From: Eubacteriales bacterium
Lineage (GTDB): Bacteria > Bacillota > Clostridia > Oscillospirales > QAKW01
Assembly (NCBI GenBank): GCA_045544255.1
Contig: JAZPYP010000082.1
Location: forward strand, 5,347 to 69,346
Direction: 5' to 3'
DNA length: 64,000 nt
This document shows, one piece after another, positions 62,767 through 64,000 of this stretch. A program made the translations under genes and the position numbers. The notes under the pieces are model-generated. The model had not been told where the DNA came from and made no database searches. It saw only the letters and a list, made by a program, of their open reading frames with translations. Positions within the stretch are counted from its first letter, which is position 1, and the number at the start of each line of letters is the position of its first letter.

Positions 62767-63383
62767 AATTCATTGATCTCCGTAAATGCTTTTAAAATTG
62801 ATAGCCCCACCTTCCCGCTCTTTTCGGGATGGAATTGGCAGCCCATAATATTTTTCTTTGCCACCGCTGCGGTGAGGATTGCGCCATATTCCGTATCGGC
62901 CGCCAAAGAATCTTCGCAGCCTTCGGCATAAAAGGAATGCACAAAGTATACATGGTCGCCTTCCTTCAAATACTTAAATAAAGGATGCTCCTTTTGCCGA
63001 AGCCGCAAGGCATTCCAGCCGATATGGGGGATCTTCAATTCCTTGGGCAATACCCCTTCCATCGGCACCACTCTGCCTTGAAGGAGCCCCAAGCCCTGAT
63101 GAAGACCATATTCCTCGCTCTCCTCAAAGAGGAGCTGCATTCCAAGGCAGATACCCATTAAAGGCTTGCCGCTCTCTGCCCATCGGCAGATCCATTCAGC
63201 AAGGCCGCTCTTTTTTAATTTTTCGGCGGCATCTCCGAAGGCACCCACCCCCGGCAGGATCAGCCGATCGGCCTTTTGAAGTGCCTCGGGATCGCCGGAA
63301 ACAAAGGCCTCCTCCCCAATGGCTCCGAAGGAGGAGCGCAGGGAAAAAAGATTGCCTACTCCATAATCAATAATTCCGGTCAT
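62763..63383 (-). CDS. hisH: Imidazole glycerol phosphate synthase glutamine amidotransferase subunit
   Basis: [11 protein letters not shown]...LPGVGAFG...[10 protein letters not shown] (catalytic Cys)...FHPEKSG. Confidence 0.95.
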   Translation of the reverse strand: MTGIIDYGVGNLFSLRSSFGAIGEEAFVSGDPEALQKADRLILPGVGAFGDAAEKLKKSGLAEWICRWAESGKPLMGICLGMQLLFEESEEYGLHQGLGLLQGRVVPMEGVLPKELKIPHIGWNALRLRQKEHPLFKYLKEGDHVYFVHSFYAEGCEDSLAADTEYGAILTAAVAKKNIMGCQFHPEKSGKVGLSILKAFTEINEL

Positions 63384-63970
63384 GCTAAAGTTCCTTTCGT
63401 GGAGGGCACTGCATTCTGATTAGCAGGATCGATGGCTACCGCCTCTTTAAGGGCTCTTGCCACTCCCTTGAAGGCCCCTTCCGCAATATGATGGGAATTT
63501 TTGCCTGCCAGTTGGCGGATATGCAGATTCATCAGTGCCTGACGGGTAAAGGCTTCAAAGAATTCCTCCACCAGTTCGGTATCAAAAGTGCCGATCTTCT
63601 CGGTGGGGAATTCAAGGCCGAAGCAAAGGCAGCTTCTGCCCGAAAGATCGAGAGCCACCTGAATCAGCGCCTCATCCATGGGAAGGAGAAAGCTCCCATA
63701 GCGATTGATCCCCCGCTTTTCTCCCAAGGCTTCGCGAAGGGCCTGCCCCAGGCAGATGCCGATATCCTCGGCAGAATGATGATCATCTACCCAAGTATCC
63801 CCCTTGCAGGAAAGCTTTAAATCAAAGCGGGCATGGGAAGCAAAAAGGGTCAGCATATGATCCAAAAAGCCGATGCCGCTTTGGATCTCCGCCTTGCCGC
63901 TGCCATCCAGATTCAGGGAAAGCTTGATCTCGGTCTCGGCGGTTTTTCTTTCAATGGTCGCCTCTCTCAT
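63380..63970 (-). CDS. hisB: Imidazoleglycerol-phosphate dehydratase
   Basis: ERKTAETEI...GIGFLDHML...[11 protein letters not shown]...[15 protein letters not shown]. Confidence 0.95.
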   Translation of the reverse strand: MREATIERKTAETEIKLSLNLDGSGKAEIQSGIGFLDHMLTLFASHARFDLKLSCKGDTWVDDHHSAEDIGICLGQALREALGEKRGINRYGSFLLPMDEALIQVALDLSGRSCLCFGLEFPTEKIGTFDTELVEEFFEAFTRQALMNLHIRQLAGKNSHHIAEGAFKGVARALKEAVAIDPANQNAVPSTKGTLA

Positions 63971-64000
63971 TTTAACTCCTCCTTCAGTAATTCAATCAAT

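Noticed and set aside
63971-64000. 3' end of a further his gene upstream of hisB at the right window edge
   Set aside because: Only 30 nt are available. They hold the hisB RBS (GAAGGAGGAG) and a possible stop codon, so neither frame nor identity can be established.

Overview
This reads as a chromosomal segment of a Clostridia-type Firmicute. That placement is inferred from the SCIFF/ScfB ranthipeptide pair, the HydE/G/F [FeFe]-hydrogenase maturases, dockerin and cohesin modules, and AGGAGG-type ribosome-binding sites (RBS). I found no rRNA, tRNA, CRISPR array, transposase or integrase. About 53 CDS are supported.

Gene content, left to right:
- feoAB (feoB truncated at the left edge), two transporters, and a TM1266-like regulator followed by hydE-hydG-hydF-thrH.
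- A ~2,457-aa secreted GH92 alpha-mannosidase with five discoidin (F5/8 type C) modules, FIVAR-like helices, helical repeats and a C-terminal dockerin.
- An AraC regulator and a dockerin-bearing SGNH esterase.
- A DtxR-family repressor, a 50-aa SCIFF precursor missing from the supplied ORF track, its maturase ScfB, and a PLP-dependent decarboxylase.
- gap, a GH130 phosphorylase, asd and hom, plsC, and an xpt plus BMP-type nucleoside ABC operon.
- A cytoplasmic glycosidase cluster (DUF4838-like, GH78, GH106-like), then an araC-cohesin-manA-isomerase operon.
- A CofE-like gene, a three-gene glycerol-3-phosphate-dehydrogenase-type cluster with a DeoR regulator, and hisJ plus hisB-H-A-F-IE.

Most noteworthy:
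1. The unlisted SCIFF locus.
2. A possible minimal cohesin-dockerin surface display system: two enzymes with near-identical dockerins, plus a membrane-anchored single-cohesin protein translationally coupled to an AraC regulator and manA.
3. Two convergent intergenic regions packed with structured repeats: a 67-68 bp x 4.3 tandem array of nested palindromes at 34047-34338, and a GGATGC/GCATCC hairpin cluster with a 104-bp duplication at 27944-28390. The duplicated element has a third diverged copy at 54329-54386.
4. A terminator-containing leader in front of the hyd maturase operon.

Limits: all functional calls come from motif recognition by eye and no database searches were run. Many ORF-track starts are TTG or GTG codons or upstream extensions. 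I re-set starts where a Shine-Dalgarno sequence plus ATG/GTG was visible.
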